From a virus: a stretch of DNA of 64,000 nt. This document shows, in pieces, positions 1 through 10,700 of this stretch; the first letter of the stretch is position 1, and the number at the start of each line of letters is the position of its first letter. Location of the stretch: IMG/VR virus record IMGVR_UViG_3300025137_000016, one strand, 5' to 3'. The position numbers and the translations under genes are program-made. The notes below the pieces were generated by a model. The model saw nothing but the letters and a program-made list of their open reading frames with translations. It had not been told where the DNA came from and searched no databases.

Positions 1-2
1 GA

Positions 3-3000
3 ACTACTAGAAGTGGAAATACACAAACCACTAATACTTTCCAATCTGTGACAACTACTGAAACAGGAAATAGAGTAAGAGGTGGAACAAGAACTTCTAT
101 ATCAACATCAACTAACTCGCAAAACTATGGCGACAAAGTTGTTGACATGTCATACATACCTTACATAAAAGATGAGGTGGTAAACATTGATGCAAGAAAT
201 GCTAAACCAAATTCTCAATACTTTGTATTCATTGATGGTGAACGAGTAGATAATACTTATGTAAAACCATCTGACATATTTAAAGTCACACAGGTTGCTA
301 GTACAACTACACCTATTCTTGATCCAGAAAACTTATCAACTGGATTATTAGCAGACGATCCTGCTAGAGCTCACGATGGTAAAATTGTAAACGCATTTAA
401 CTTCGGTGATGTAATTAAAAATACTGCTCACAGTGCAGCAAGAATTGATACGATTACTCATATTACTTCTTCGGATGGTGCAGCAAGTTTCAATTTAACT
501 GTACAAGATGCTACTGGGTTAAATCCAGGACACCATGTTTTCTTATACAACTTAAATTCTACAAGAGGAACTAACGCAACTAACAATAGAGGAATTGAAA
601 CAAATATTACTTCTACTATTACTACTCTTGGAAGCAACCACTCAAAACAATTAAATAGAAAATATTTTAAAATTACTGCAGTGTCTGGAACTACTATTAC
701 TCTAGCAAGTGTAGATGGTTCAACTATTGGTCAGTTTGATTCTTATGCAAGAACTTCTGCTTATACTGGAACTGATGGTGGTAAATTGCAAAGACTAACT
801 GCTTCGGGAGTTATATCTTATGCTGGTGTGAAGGATTCTACTACTGTACGAGATATCCATGTAACAAATATTAAAAATGGTTTCGCTGTTGGTGAGCAAG
901 TCACAGGGACTGCTGACATTGGATTAGGTGCGAAGAATACTTTGACACTAACTTCTATCAACGGATCTACAGTAAGCACTACTGCTCCGACAATGAAGGC
1001 AACTGGAGGAACTATTACTTCTGATAAAGAAGGTGCATTAAATGCTGTTCTTTATATTCCTGCAGGTAGATATAGAACTGGAGAAAGAAGTATAAAATTA
1101 TCTGATAACATTTCTAATACTGATGCAGATTTCGATTCATTCGGTTCAACATTGTTTACTGCTAATGGTATGCAGTTAGAAAAAGAAAGAACTATTGTTT
1201 CTTCAAGGAATATAAGTTTCGTTGAAGATAGATTATTCCAATCACAACCTATTAGACGATCTTCTGTTTCTAACAGATTGATTGCTTCTACTACTATCAA
1301 CTTCCCACCACAAAGACGAGGTGGCGGAGGAGGTGGCGGAGGTGGTGCTGGTGGTCATGATCCACTCGCTCAAACTTTCGTTGTACAATCTGCTGGTGGA
1401 GCTTTCGTGACATCTGCTGACCTATACTTTAAACAAGCAGGTGAAAGACCAATCTATGTAGAAATTAGATCTACTGATAACGAAGTGCCTTCTACTAAAA
1501 TACTTCCATTCTCTCAGGTAATATTACAACCTGCAGATATTAATGTAAGTACCAATGGTGCTACTGCTACAAACTTTAAATTCAAAGCACCAATTTATCT
1601 ACAAGAAAATGAAAGTTATGCTCTAGTAGTTAAAGTTGATGAGCCAGGATGTGAAGCATATATTTCTGAATTAGGTGGAACTGATTTACTTACTGAAAAT
1701 ATTGTAGGGATTCAACCATTGACTGGTTCACTTTACTTATCTCAAAACTCTAGAGAGTTTGAAATAAATCCTCTACTAGATCTTAAATTTAATTTAAACC
1801 AAGCATCGTTTACAGAGAATGTAAATGGAGTGGTTCAATTAAAAGCAAACCCTGCTGAAACAAAACTACTTAATAAAGATCCTTTGAAATTTACTAGTGG
1901 TTCAGAACTAGTTAGAGTACACCAAAGAAATCATGGCTTCTCTGCAAATGATATAGTAATGATTACAGGAGTTGCTCCAGGATTATATGGAGCAAATTCA
2001 ACTACAGTAGGTGCTAGTGAAGATTTATTAAATGGTGCTCACACTGTACAATCAAATGGACTACAAAAAGATTCTTATGTAATTGATTTAGAAACTGTAG
2101 ATGCATCTAATAATGATATATTAGATGGAGCAACGTCTGACTTTATTACAGGCAACTATGGTGGCTCAACTATAATGGCTTCTAGACAACTTACTGCTGA
2201 TGCTTTATATATGAAGACTGAAGATTTAGATTTCGATGAAACCAAACTTGCTTACACTGTAAATTCTACAACTGCAGCAGGAACTGCAAGTGGAGACAAA
2301 CCTATTGTTCCAAACGCAACTTATGCTTTCGATGGAAGAAAAGTTGTTAAGTCTTTTGAGAACCAGACTACTGTCTCATCAAGTCCACTAATTAAAACTC
2401 CGACATTAACATTTAATGCTACGATGAGTACAAGCAATAAAAATATTTCACCAGTAATTGATTTACAAAAAGTTGGTGGGTATGCTGTATCTAATCTAGT
2501 TGATCAATCAAGTACTGCGATAAATGTTCCAGCGATTGACCAGAAAAAATTAGTTAATAGTGGAGATATTGGAGTAGCCTTATCTACAAGTTCAGGCACA
2601 GGAACTGTGACTACAACTTCTGGTAGTGCTACAGTGACTGGTACTTCTACCACATTCACATCACAAGTTTCAGTTGGAGATACTCTAACAACTTCTGCTG
2701 GTGCATTGGGTAGAGTTAAAACAATTGGAAGTAATACTAGTGTGACACTATGTGCTAATACAGCTCAAGTTTCTACTGGAGCAACTTTCCAAATTACTAG
2801 TGATCCAACAATTACTTTTAACCATGGGGCAAAAGGTATTGAGTCAAATGTAGATGCAATTGATAATCTACTTGACAATGTTATTGCTGGAAGTCAATTA
2901 TACTTAACAAATATTCACTCAGAATTAAATGGGGCTATTGATATTGAATCAGTTTCAACTACTTCTTCAACACTACCTTTCGGTGGCAATGAAGAATTAG

Positions 3001-3752
3001 ATAAAGTCACACTTAATAAAACTGCAAACTTCGCATTTAATGAAGCGAATGATATTAAACTTGATGTTGCTCAAAACTTTACAGAGCAGAAAGCATCATT
3101 TTCTATAACATCATTAACAAGTTCAATTAATGTGACAGCTTCAGGAAGTGTAGATGGAAAACTTGTAGCTGGTGACATACTAGTTATGGAAGATGCTGAT
3201 GGTGCAGGAACACTTGCTACTGTTGGTGGTGTACAAGTATTTAATAAAACAATTCTTGGTACAGTGGCTTCAGTAAGTGGTACAAATATTGCACTAGATG
3301 CTAATGCTACTGCTGCATTAACTGCTAAAAATATAATCATAAGAAAAGATATTTCTGCTGGTACTTGGAACTTCTCTACTATGGAAGAGTTTGTTTCTGA
3401 TACTGCTCCAGTTGGTGCTACTAATCTAGCGAACTATATAACTAGAACATTAGAATTAACTAATCCAGCTGACGCATTAAATATTACTTTTGATGCAAAT
3501 ATTCCTAAGTCAACTGATATTGATGTTTACTATAAAGCATTCTCTGGCGATACTAATCCTGATAAACTTAATTGGGTGGACAGTGCATTTACTGTAGCTT
3601 CAAAAGATTCAGGTGGAGTATTTAGAGAAAGAAACATTGTAGTAAATGATATTGCTGACTTTACGAAAGTGGTTGTTAAGATTGTAATGAAATCTACAGA
3701 TACCATTTATGTTCCTAAAGTTCAGTCATTCAGATTAATTGCACATAGTTAG
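3..3752 (+). CDS. Large baseplate/virion structural protein (DUF4815/VrlC-like), 5'-truncated
   Basis: Frame is open from position 3. DPLAQTF motif, YITR..L.NPA and C-terminal VPKVQSFRLIA are typical of this marine T4-like structural protein. Confidence 0.8.
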   Translation, partial: TTRSGNTQTTNTFQSVTTTETGNRVRGGTRTSISTSTNSQNYGDKVVDMSYIPYIKDEVVNIDARNAKPNSQYFVFIDGERVDNTYVKPSDIFKVTQVASTTTPILDPENLSTGLLADDPARAHDGKIVNAFNFGDVIKNTAHSAARIDTITHITSSDGAASFNLTVQDATGLNPGHHVFLYNLNSTRGTNATNNRGIETNITSTITTLGSNHSKQLNRKYFKITAVSGTTITLASVDGSTIGQFDSYARTSAYTGTDGGKLQRLTASGVISYAGVKDSTTVRDIHVTNIKNGFAVGEQVTGTADIGLGAKNTLTLTSINGSTVSTTAPTMKATGGTITSDKEGALNAVLYIPAGRYRTGERSIKLSDNISNTDADFDSFGSTLFTANGMQLEKERTIVSSRNISFVEDRLFQSQPIRRSSVSNRLIASTTINFPPQRRGGGGGGGGGAGGHDPLAQTFVVQSAGGAFVTSADLYFKQAGERPIYVEIRSTDNEVPSTKILPFSQVILQPADINVSTNGATATNFKFKAPIYLQENESYALVVKVDEPGCEAYISELGGTDLLTENIVGIQPLTGSLYLSQNSREFEINPLLDLKFNLNQASFTENVNGVVQLKANPAETKLLNKDPLKFTSGSELVRVHQRNHGFSANDIVMITGVAPGLYGANSTTVGASEDLLNGAHTVQSNGLQKDSYVIDLETVDASNNDILDGATSDFITGNYGGSTIMASRQLTADALYMKTEDLDFDETKLAYTVNSTTAAGTASGDKPIVPNATYAFDGRKVVKSFENQTTVSSSPLIKTPTLTFNATMSTSNKNISPVIDLQKVGGYAVSNLVDQSSTAINVPAIDQKKLVNSGDIGVALSTSSGTGTVTTTSGSATVTGTSTTFTSQVSVGDTLTTSAGALGRVKTIGSNTSVTLCANTAQVSTGATFQITSDPTITFNHGAKGIESNVDAIDNLLDNVIAGSQLYLTNIHSELNGAIDIESVSTTSSTLPFGGNEELDKVTLNKTANFAFNEANDIKLDVAQNFTEQKASFSITSLTSSINVTASGSVDGKLVAGDILVMEDADGAGTLATVGGVQVFNKTILGTVASVSGTNIALDANATAALTAKNIIIRKDISAGTWNFSTMEEFVSDTAPVGATNLANYITRTLELTNPADALNITFDANIPKSTDIDVYYKAFSGDTNPDKLNWVDSAFTVASKDSGGVFRERNIVVNDIADFTKVVVKIVMKSTDTIYVPKVQSFRLIAHS

Positions 3753-3760
3753 AGGTAGAT

Positions 3761-3988
3761 ATGTTTGTAGGAACTAAAGTAGAAGGAGAGCCAGACTTAA
3801 TAAAAGATAATCATAGCAAAGCGATTATTAATACAAATCAAAATGCTTATGCTACTTATAAGTCTCATCAAAAAAGTAAAATAGAAGAGCTCGCAGAAAA
3901 AGAGTCCATGAAAAAAGATATAAATAGTTTAAAGGATGATATATCCGATATAAAAAATATGTTAAAAAAATTAACAGGAGATAACTAA
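3761..3988 (+). CDS. Small conserved hypothetical protein (coiled-coil C-terminus)
   Basis: SD GAGG. KVEGEPDLIKD..SKAIIN pattern usually follows the DUF4815 gene. Confidence 0.75.
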   Translation: MFVGTKVEGEPDLIKDNHSKAIINTNQNAYATYKSHQKSKIEELAEKESMKKDINSLKDDISDIKNMLKKLTGDN

Positions 3989-4197
3989 TGGCAAAAGAAG
4001 CTGCAGTTGTGGTGGTCAGTCAGTCTGAGACTTTTGACCAATGGAGAATTAAAACGAATTCAAATATAACAAAGGGAAATAACCAAGAAGACAAACTTGG
4101 TGACCTTGCTTTGTTAGAGAATGGTGAAGCTGATCTAACGACAGCTGTAAATAACGCAAGAGAATACTCAATAGCAATTAGTATTGCACTGGGCTAA
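3988..4197 (+). CDS. Small fibre/collar protein with C-terminal SIAISIALG motif
   Basis: SD AGGAG; ETFDQWRIKTN N-terminal fibre motif; hydrophobic C-terminal motif. Confidence 0.75.
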   Translation: MAKEAAVVVVSQSETFDQWRIKTNSNITKGNNQEDKLGDLALLENGEADLTTAVNNAREYSIAISIALG

Positions 4198-4219
4198 TCT
4201 TTAATAAAGGGAAAACTAA

Positions 4220-4543
4220 ATGTCAAATGATTTTAAAAACGGATTAGCAAAAGATGTTGGGACTGCTGCTACCACTATATATACTGCTCCCAGCTTAAAG
4301 AATAGTATCGTAATAGAGTGCGATATTGCTAATACAACTAATGGTACTGTCACAGCTGATGCATTTATTACATCAGGTGGTGTTGATTACTATATTGTTA
4401 AGAATGCTCCAGTCCCAAGTGGTGGTTCTTTACAAGTAGTATCAAATCAAAAAGTTATTTTAGAAGCAGGCGAAGCACTAAAGGTACAATCTAACACTAC
4501 CTCTTCAGTAGATGTTGTCGCATCTATTCTAGAAGATGTATAG
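4220..4543 (+). CDS. Small beta-rich virion adaptor-like protein (MSNDFKN type)
   Basis: 107-aa beta-rich ORF directly after the SIALG-terminated ORF. Confidence 0.7.
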   Translation: MSNDFKNGLAKDVGTAATTIYTAPSLKNSIVIECDIANTTNGTVTADAFITSGGVDYYIVKNAPVPSGGSLQVVSNQKVILEAGEALKVQSNTTSSVDVVASILEDV

Positions 4544-4553
4544 GAAATAAAGT

Positions 4554-6800
4554 ATGTCATATATCGGCTCACAAACTATTAATGCATCCACTACACTCAG
4601 TCGTCCTAGAGATGAATTCGAATGTAATGGTTCTACCAAAGGTTTTAAACTTAGTCAACAAGTTCCAGGTGCATTTGAATCTAATGTTCAAGTTGTTCTT
4701 GGTAATGTTATACAAGAGCCAGTCAATTCTTATACTATTACTGATGTATACAGATTAACATATTCATCACTATCACTAACTGCTGGTGCAGCTAATCCTG
4801 CAAGGGGAGATTTATTAACACAGGGAGCAAATACATTTTTAGTTGTAGATGCTACCACTGGAATTTTAGATGTCATCCCAGCTTCAATTAATGGTGCTGC
4901 TCCAACAACTGGAAGTGGTTTAACATTAAATGTTCCAAGTATTGATTTTGGTATAGATACTCAAGTCAAGCATAATGAAACAAGTATCGACTACACTACT
5001 GGAACAATTACAGGTGTAACAATTACCACAAATGGTACAGCTGGTTATGCAACAACTGATACGATTGTTATCGGTGCTCCAAATATTTCAGGAAACACTC
5101 AAGCTGCAGCAACTGCTTCAATATCTTCTGCTGGTACAGTTCAAAGTTTCACAATAACAAATGCTGGTTCAGGTTATTCATCTGTTCCTGCTGTCACAAT
5201 TACTGATAGTGGTAGTGGTGCGAACGCAACTGGAACTGCTGTATTAAACTCTGATGGTGGAATCGCTTCTATCACTTTAAATTCTGCTGGTACAGGTTAT
5301 GACCAGACAACAACTACTGTAGCAATTGAAGCTGCACAAACAGGTGGTGTACAAGCTACTGCCACAATTACTTCAGTAGATGGCTCTGGTGCTGTGACTG
5401 GAGTTTCATTAACAAATGCTGGTTCAGGTTATACTGCTTCACCAACTATATCTGTCACAACAGGTGGTGCTGCTGGAACTGGAGGAACTGGTACAATAAC
5501 AATGGCTGGTAATACTGCAACTGTTGTTGGTACAGGAACTGCATTTAGTTCAGAAGTCACTCCAGGACAAGCAATATTTATAGGTACTAATGCAATCGGA
5601 TTTGTTCAATCAGTTGCAAGTAATACTTCACTGACATTAAAAACTGCTGTGACAAGTGTTATTAGTGCTACTGCATTTATAATAGCAAACAGAGCAGAAT
5701 TAGCAATAACTTTTGCAGGGGATGAAGCAACTCTTACTGTTGATAGTCTAGCAAAATTAGATAGTCAAGGATTATTATTTAATGGTGTTCCAAGACCTGC
5801 TGAAAATTTATACATAAACCATCTTGGTGGTTCTAGTTTCCAAAATATTCCTTCTGCTGGTTCAGTCACTGAATCATCATTAGCAACGAATTTAAAAACT
5901 TTCACTGTAGATAAATTTACTACAAGTGGTTCAAGTACAAGTACATTTACATTATCGAAATCTCCACCAAGTGGTACTTCGATTCTAGTAATTATTAATG
6001 GTTCAGTACAAACTGAGACAACGCATTATAGTGTAAATGCTACGACACTAACATTGGTCACTCCTTTATCTTCTGGTGTGACAGTCACTGTTCTTCACTT
6101 GGGTGTAAGTACTGTTTCTAGAAATGCTTTTGTAGATGGTACACTAACTGATTCAGCATTCGCTGGTTTAACATTAACAGGTTCTAAGATTGCTAACAAT
6201 ACTATCGATTCTACTAAGTTAGCATCAGGTGCTGTGACTAATCATTTAGGATATACTCCAGTTGCATCAAATGCAGGAACTGCTCAAAGCATTGACTCAG
6301 CATTATCAGTTGTAGGATTGGTAGATTTAACTGCTGCTACTTCTGGAAATATTAAATTTCCAGGAACTCAAAATGCTTCTTCTAATGCTCAAACTTTAGA
6401 TGATTATCAAGAAAGTACATTAGCAACTGTATTAGGTTTTGGTGGTGCTCAAGTTGGTATGAGTAGTGGAGGTGCTGCAGTGAATACTACATACTTCACT
6501 AAGATAGGAAATAATATTAATATCAATATTGAAATGACTATTACTGCAAAAGGTTCTTCAACTGGAAATGCTGGAATAGTAATACCAGTCGCAGCAAATG
6601 CATCAGGTGCAGCTATGATTCCATTCTGGTTTGAGAATATGACAGCAGGAATTACAAGTGTTATTGGTACGATTGCTGGTGGCTCATCTTCTTGCTTACT
6701 ATTTAAAAGAGATACTGATGGAGAATATACTGCAATGACACATGCGGACTTTACCAATACTTCTCATTTAATTGGGTCTGGTGTTTACAGAAGTGCTTAA
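4554..6800 (+). CDS. Tail fibre/virion structural protein with ITNAGSGY repeats
   Basis: MSYIG N-terminus; Thr/Gly/Ser-rich; about four (I/L)TNAG(S/T)GY-type repeats. Confidence 0.75.
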   Translation: MSYIGSQTINASTTLSRPRDEFECNGSTKGFKLSQQVPGAFESNVQVVLGNVIQEPVNSYTITDVYRLTYSSLSLTAGAANPARGDLLTQGANTFLVVDATTGILDVIPASINGAAPTTGSGLTLNVPSIDFGIDTQVKHNETSIDYTTGTITGVTITTNGTAGYATTDTIVIGAPNISGNTQAAATASISSAGTVQSFTITNAGSGYSSVPAVTITDSGSGANATGTAVLNSDGGIASITLNSAGTGYDQTTTTVAIEAAQTGGVQATATITSVDGSGAVTGVSLTNAGSGYTASPTISVTTGGAAGTGGTGTITMAGNTATVVGTGTAFSSEVTPGQAIFIGTNAIGFVQSVASNTSLTLKTAVTSVISATAFIIANRAELAITFAGDEATLTVDSLAKLDSQGLLFNGVPRPAENLYINHLGGSSFQNIPSAGSVTESSLATNLKTFTVDKFTTSGSSTSTFTLSKSPPSGTSILVIINGSVQTETTHYSVNATTLTLVTPLSSGVTVTVLHLGVSTVSRNAFVDGTLTDSAFAGLTLTGSKIANNTIDSTKLASGAVTNHLGYTPVASNAGTAQSIDSALSVVGLVDLTAATSGNIKFPGTQNASSNAQTLDDYQESTLATVLGFGGAQVGMSSGGAAVNTTYFTKIGNNININIEMTITAKGSSTGNAGIVIPVAANASGAAMIPFWFENMTAGITSVIGTIAGGSSSCLLFKRDTDGEYTAMTHADFTNTSHLIGSGVYRSA

Positions 6801-6804
6801 GAAA

Positions 6805-6811
6805 CTAAATA
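6805..6811 (+). promoter_or_regulatory. T4-type late promoter variant CTAAATA
   Basis: Intergenic. The same heptamer precedes genes at 13909, 18486, 23693, 25454, 31937, 32306, 49180 and 63433; canonical TATAAATA is at 3919-3926. Support is positional only, as the heptamer also occurs by chance in AT-rich DNA. Confidence 0.6.
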
Positions 6812-6829
6812 GGGTTAGAGGAAATTAAA

Positions 6830-7060
6830 ATGCCAATATCAAGAATAAAAGGAACTAGTATAGATTCAAATATTGAGCTACAAGGGGAGTCAATTAGATT
6901 CCCGATTGGCACAGAAGCGAATAGACCTTCGCCTGCCAAAAAAGGAGATTTGAGATACAATAGTGATGTTGATAAAACAGAGATATATAATGGAGATAGT
7001 TGGGACGTGTATAATTCACAAGCTGTATCAATTGCATTATCTGTCGCACTTGGTGGCTAA
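6830..7060 (+). CDS. Small virion protein with C-terminal SIALSVALGG motif
   Basis: SD GAGG; PIGTEANRP...GDLRYNSD...EIYNG fibre motif. Confidence 0.75.
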   Translation: MPISRIKGTSIDSNIELQGESIRFPIGTEANRPSPAKKGDLRYNSDVDKTEIYNGDSWDVYNSQAVSIALSVALGG

Positions 7061-7063
7061 TAC

Positions 7064-7768
7064 ATGCATATTAATCTTCATGATGATGATCAGTGGAATT
7101 GGAATATAATTGCTACCAGATCAAAACAAAATTTCATGGTCACAAAGGCTATTGGAAAAAAAGGTCAAACTGGAGTCGTTGGGATTCCAAATATTGAAAA
7201 GTGTACATTAACTTGTGTACATACTGGATTTATAGAGATACTAGATGAGAATTTAGAAGTTCTCGGTACGATGGGTCCAGGAGCAAAGTTTCATTATGGA
7301 ATACTTGAACAAGGTCTTTCATTTATGAAACCAGAATTAGGAAGAGTCGATTACTTAGGAAAACCGATTCCTCCACCAGAAGTTTGTAAAAGAGTTGCTA
7401 GTTATACTCATGTTTTATTACGAACAGCTAGTGAAGAAAGTATTTTTTATTGTTGTCACGATCCTAAAGATATGTTTATATGGGAAGGTGATAACTATGC
7501 GTTCGGGAACTTTTCGGGATTTGATACTAGATTTGATTTAGAATTAGATTCGGAATTCGTTATTGAACCAAAAATGGGGACATTCTTTTTCGGATATGAT
7601 GACAACATTATAATCAACGGAAAAAAAGTACCTAAATATAACAAGATAAACTCTTATATATATGATGAACCAATGAGTATTAGAGGTCCAGAAGGAAGTT
7701 CTTTCTCAATCTTTTCTCAAGAGGGTATGTATAAGGAAACAAGTGGTAATCGAAGATACCAAATTTAA
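7064..7768 (+). CDS. Hypothetical protein
   Basis: 234-aa ORF filling the gap between structural genes; composition is not fibre-like. Confidence 0.65.
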   Translation: MHINLHDDDQWNWNIIATRSKQNFMVTKAIGKKGQTGVVGIPNIEKCTLTCVHTGFIEILDENLEVLGTMGPGAKFHYGILEQGLSFMKPELGRVDYLGKPIPPPEVCKRVASYTHVLLRTASEESIFYCCHDPKDMFIWEGDNYAFGNFSGFDTRFDLELDSEFVIEPKMGTFFFGYDDNIIINGKKVPKYNKINSYIYDEPMSIRGPEGSSFSIFSQEGMYKETSGNRRYQI

Positions 7769-7784
7769 TTTATAGGAAAACTAA

Positions 7785-10700
7785 ATGGCTAAAAAACTCA
7801 TCGCAACAGGTTATACGATTAATGCATCACAGAATCAGATTACTGTGCCAGGGATTATTCAACCTGTAAGACTGCTATTAATTACGGATATTAATCTTAA
7901 TAAAATTTTATATAACTTTGCTGATCCTTCTACAGGATTATCAAACTATTCATTCAACTACACATCAGATACAACTACTTTCACAACATCGTTAGATTTA
8001 TCTGCTGCAGGTGTATTGAACTCACATGGATTACAAGTATTTTATGAAACTGATGTTTCTAAAATTGGGTTTTCAGAAGCGATGCTTGACCCAGTTAACA
8101 AGTTAAGAGTTTCAAATCCAGAAAACTTAATTGATACTGACTTTGAATATGGTCTCCAGTCTTCGAAATGGGAAACCCTTCAAACAGTTTTAAATATTCC
8201 TACAATTTATTCTCAGTCAGGTGATGTTCCTATTGAACAACTATCTGCTGTTACAACAACTTTAAACTCTAAACAAGTTAAGGTGACAACTACTGCCAAT
8301 CATGGATTGACTCTAGGAGATCCAATTCTAGTACAGGGTACGACCCTAAATGCTGCGGATGGTTTCTTCTTAGTATCTGGTTTGACAAATAGTTTCGAAT
8401 TCTTTTATGAAATGGATACTCAAGCAGAATCTTCTGCAACGATTTCAGGTTCATATACTTCAGTTATTCCTGCGAAATTCTTTGAAGGCTCTAACTTAAA
8501 TATTGATTTAACAACTACTGCTATTGAAACAAATGGTGCTGATCCATCTATAATGACTGTGACAACTTCTCAAACTCATGGACTAAAAGCTGGTACCAGA
8601 GTTTATTTAAGACAAACAGTTGGTCCGAAGAACTTAAGAATTGCAGATCCTACTGCTAACTCTTCAACTGCACCTGATGGTGGACCATGGGTTGATACTC
8701 GTGCTACCATTACAACATCAACTACAGTAAATGCTACCACTGCTATCGGTGGAGGTGGTGCTCAAGAATACCCTGTTGTGACTTGGGACTGGGAAGGTAC
8801 TTATCAATTGTATCTACAGTCATCAATGATCAATACAGGATCTGATAGAATTACTTGGACTTCTCATGGTTTTGCAGATAATGCTGCATTGCTTTACCAA
8901 ACTCAAATTAGAGGTCAAACAAATGGTGGTATAGTAGATGGTACAGTTTACTATGTAAATGTTGTTGACGCAAATACAATCGAATTATATTCTGACTACC
9001 AGACTCTGGGTTCACGAATGAATTTAACTTCATTTGATTTTACTAGAGGTCATCCAAGATTAACACTAGTATATAAAATTGAAGGAAATAATGGTAATGC
9101 AAGATATACTGCTTTCTATAAAAGAAATCTAGTTGAAGATAGAGCATTTACCAACGCACAGGCAACTCAAAATACTACTAACAGTCAGTCTTTCAATATG
9201 AGTATTACCACATCAGGTTATACACCTATTAAAGCAACTCTGACTAGAATCTATTATAATGGTAATTTAAATGATTCTGATGAAACTGTTGCTGTTTCAA
9301 TTACAGCTAGAAACTATCTAGGACTTGGTACAGGAAACTATAATGTCACTGTCGGTGGTGTAGGTGCTACTTCAGGAAACATATATCCAAATGAAGATGT
9401 GACTCGTTGTATCTATCAACAAGGTTCTAACTTCTACTTAACAATAAATTACACTCCAACTTCTTCAGTTATTGAAACTGATAAAGCTGGTACAGTGACC
9501 ACAGATTATCAATTAAGTTTCTACGCAGAAACTGACGAACTACCAACTTCAATGAACACAGCTCACTCTGGTTCTGACTTTGCTGCTGGTAATAATAACT
9601 TCGGTCTTGGTGGTTCACAAGGATCTAAATTATTTGCCTTTACTGGTAGAAGCACTGGAGCATCTGGTGGAACTTCTGCAGATAACTATGCAAACAATAA
9701 TGACCAAGCAAGATTTGGTACAGGTATTTTAAGACAAACAGGTGCAGCAACAGGTTCTGCAGTTTCTGGTATTCTTACTGTAAATTCTTCCGACTCTAAT
9801 AATGAAGTGTACTCAAGTAATAGTACGCATGTTTATTATGGTTTCGCAAATGAATTAACTTCATATAGAAATACTATTTACGCACCAGCTCACAACTTTA
9901 TTGATGGCAACTCTGCTGTTATTAATGTGACATCTTATTCAACAACTAACAGATTTGAGTTCGCTGATTCTTCAGGAAATAATGTTCCGATTGCTAATTC
10001 TCAGTTTAATGCTGTGATTACAGTTATCTCAGCTGACTACTTTAGATTACAAGTTTCGGAATCACCGAATACTGATGATATAACAGCTTTCCCTGAATCA
10101 TTCGTAGTTGCTACTGCAACACCGAATACCACTTATAACTCAATTTATATTTCAAACCATAAATTGACTGGTGGTAATTTAGCAACATACTCCACAGCTG
10201 GTACACAGATTGGTGGACTAACAGGTGGTGCTAACTATACTCTACAATACTTAAACGACTCTAGATTACTCATTAAGGATCCTAATCTATCCTCTGGGAG
10301 TGGTTCTGCTACCACGTCAGCCTTTGGGTCAACTTCAAACAATGCGACTCAATCGTTTACTGTAGACATCGAAACACCATTAGGAATTACACCATCAACT
10401 GCTACTATTACACAAATAGGATTCAGAGGTGACTTCAGAAATAATAATGAGTATGTCGACTTGACATTCTCTGATGGAGATGTATATAGAGTTGGTGCTA
10501 CTGGTGGTCAAGATACAAACCAGTTTCTAATTGATGAATCGTTTGGTTCTAAAAATATTTCAAACTTATTATCTGGTTCGCCAAAAACTATTTCTGTCAC
10601 AGTAAGTCCATCCTCTCAGGTAAACTTTGCTGTTGGTGGTATGTCTAACTGGTGGGAATTAAGATTCGGAGTAAGTGCTGCATCTGGTGATGTAATACTA

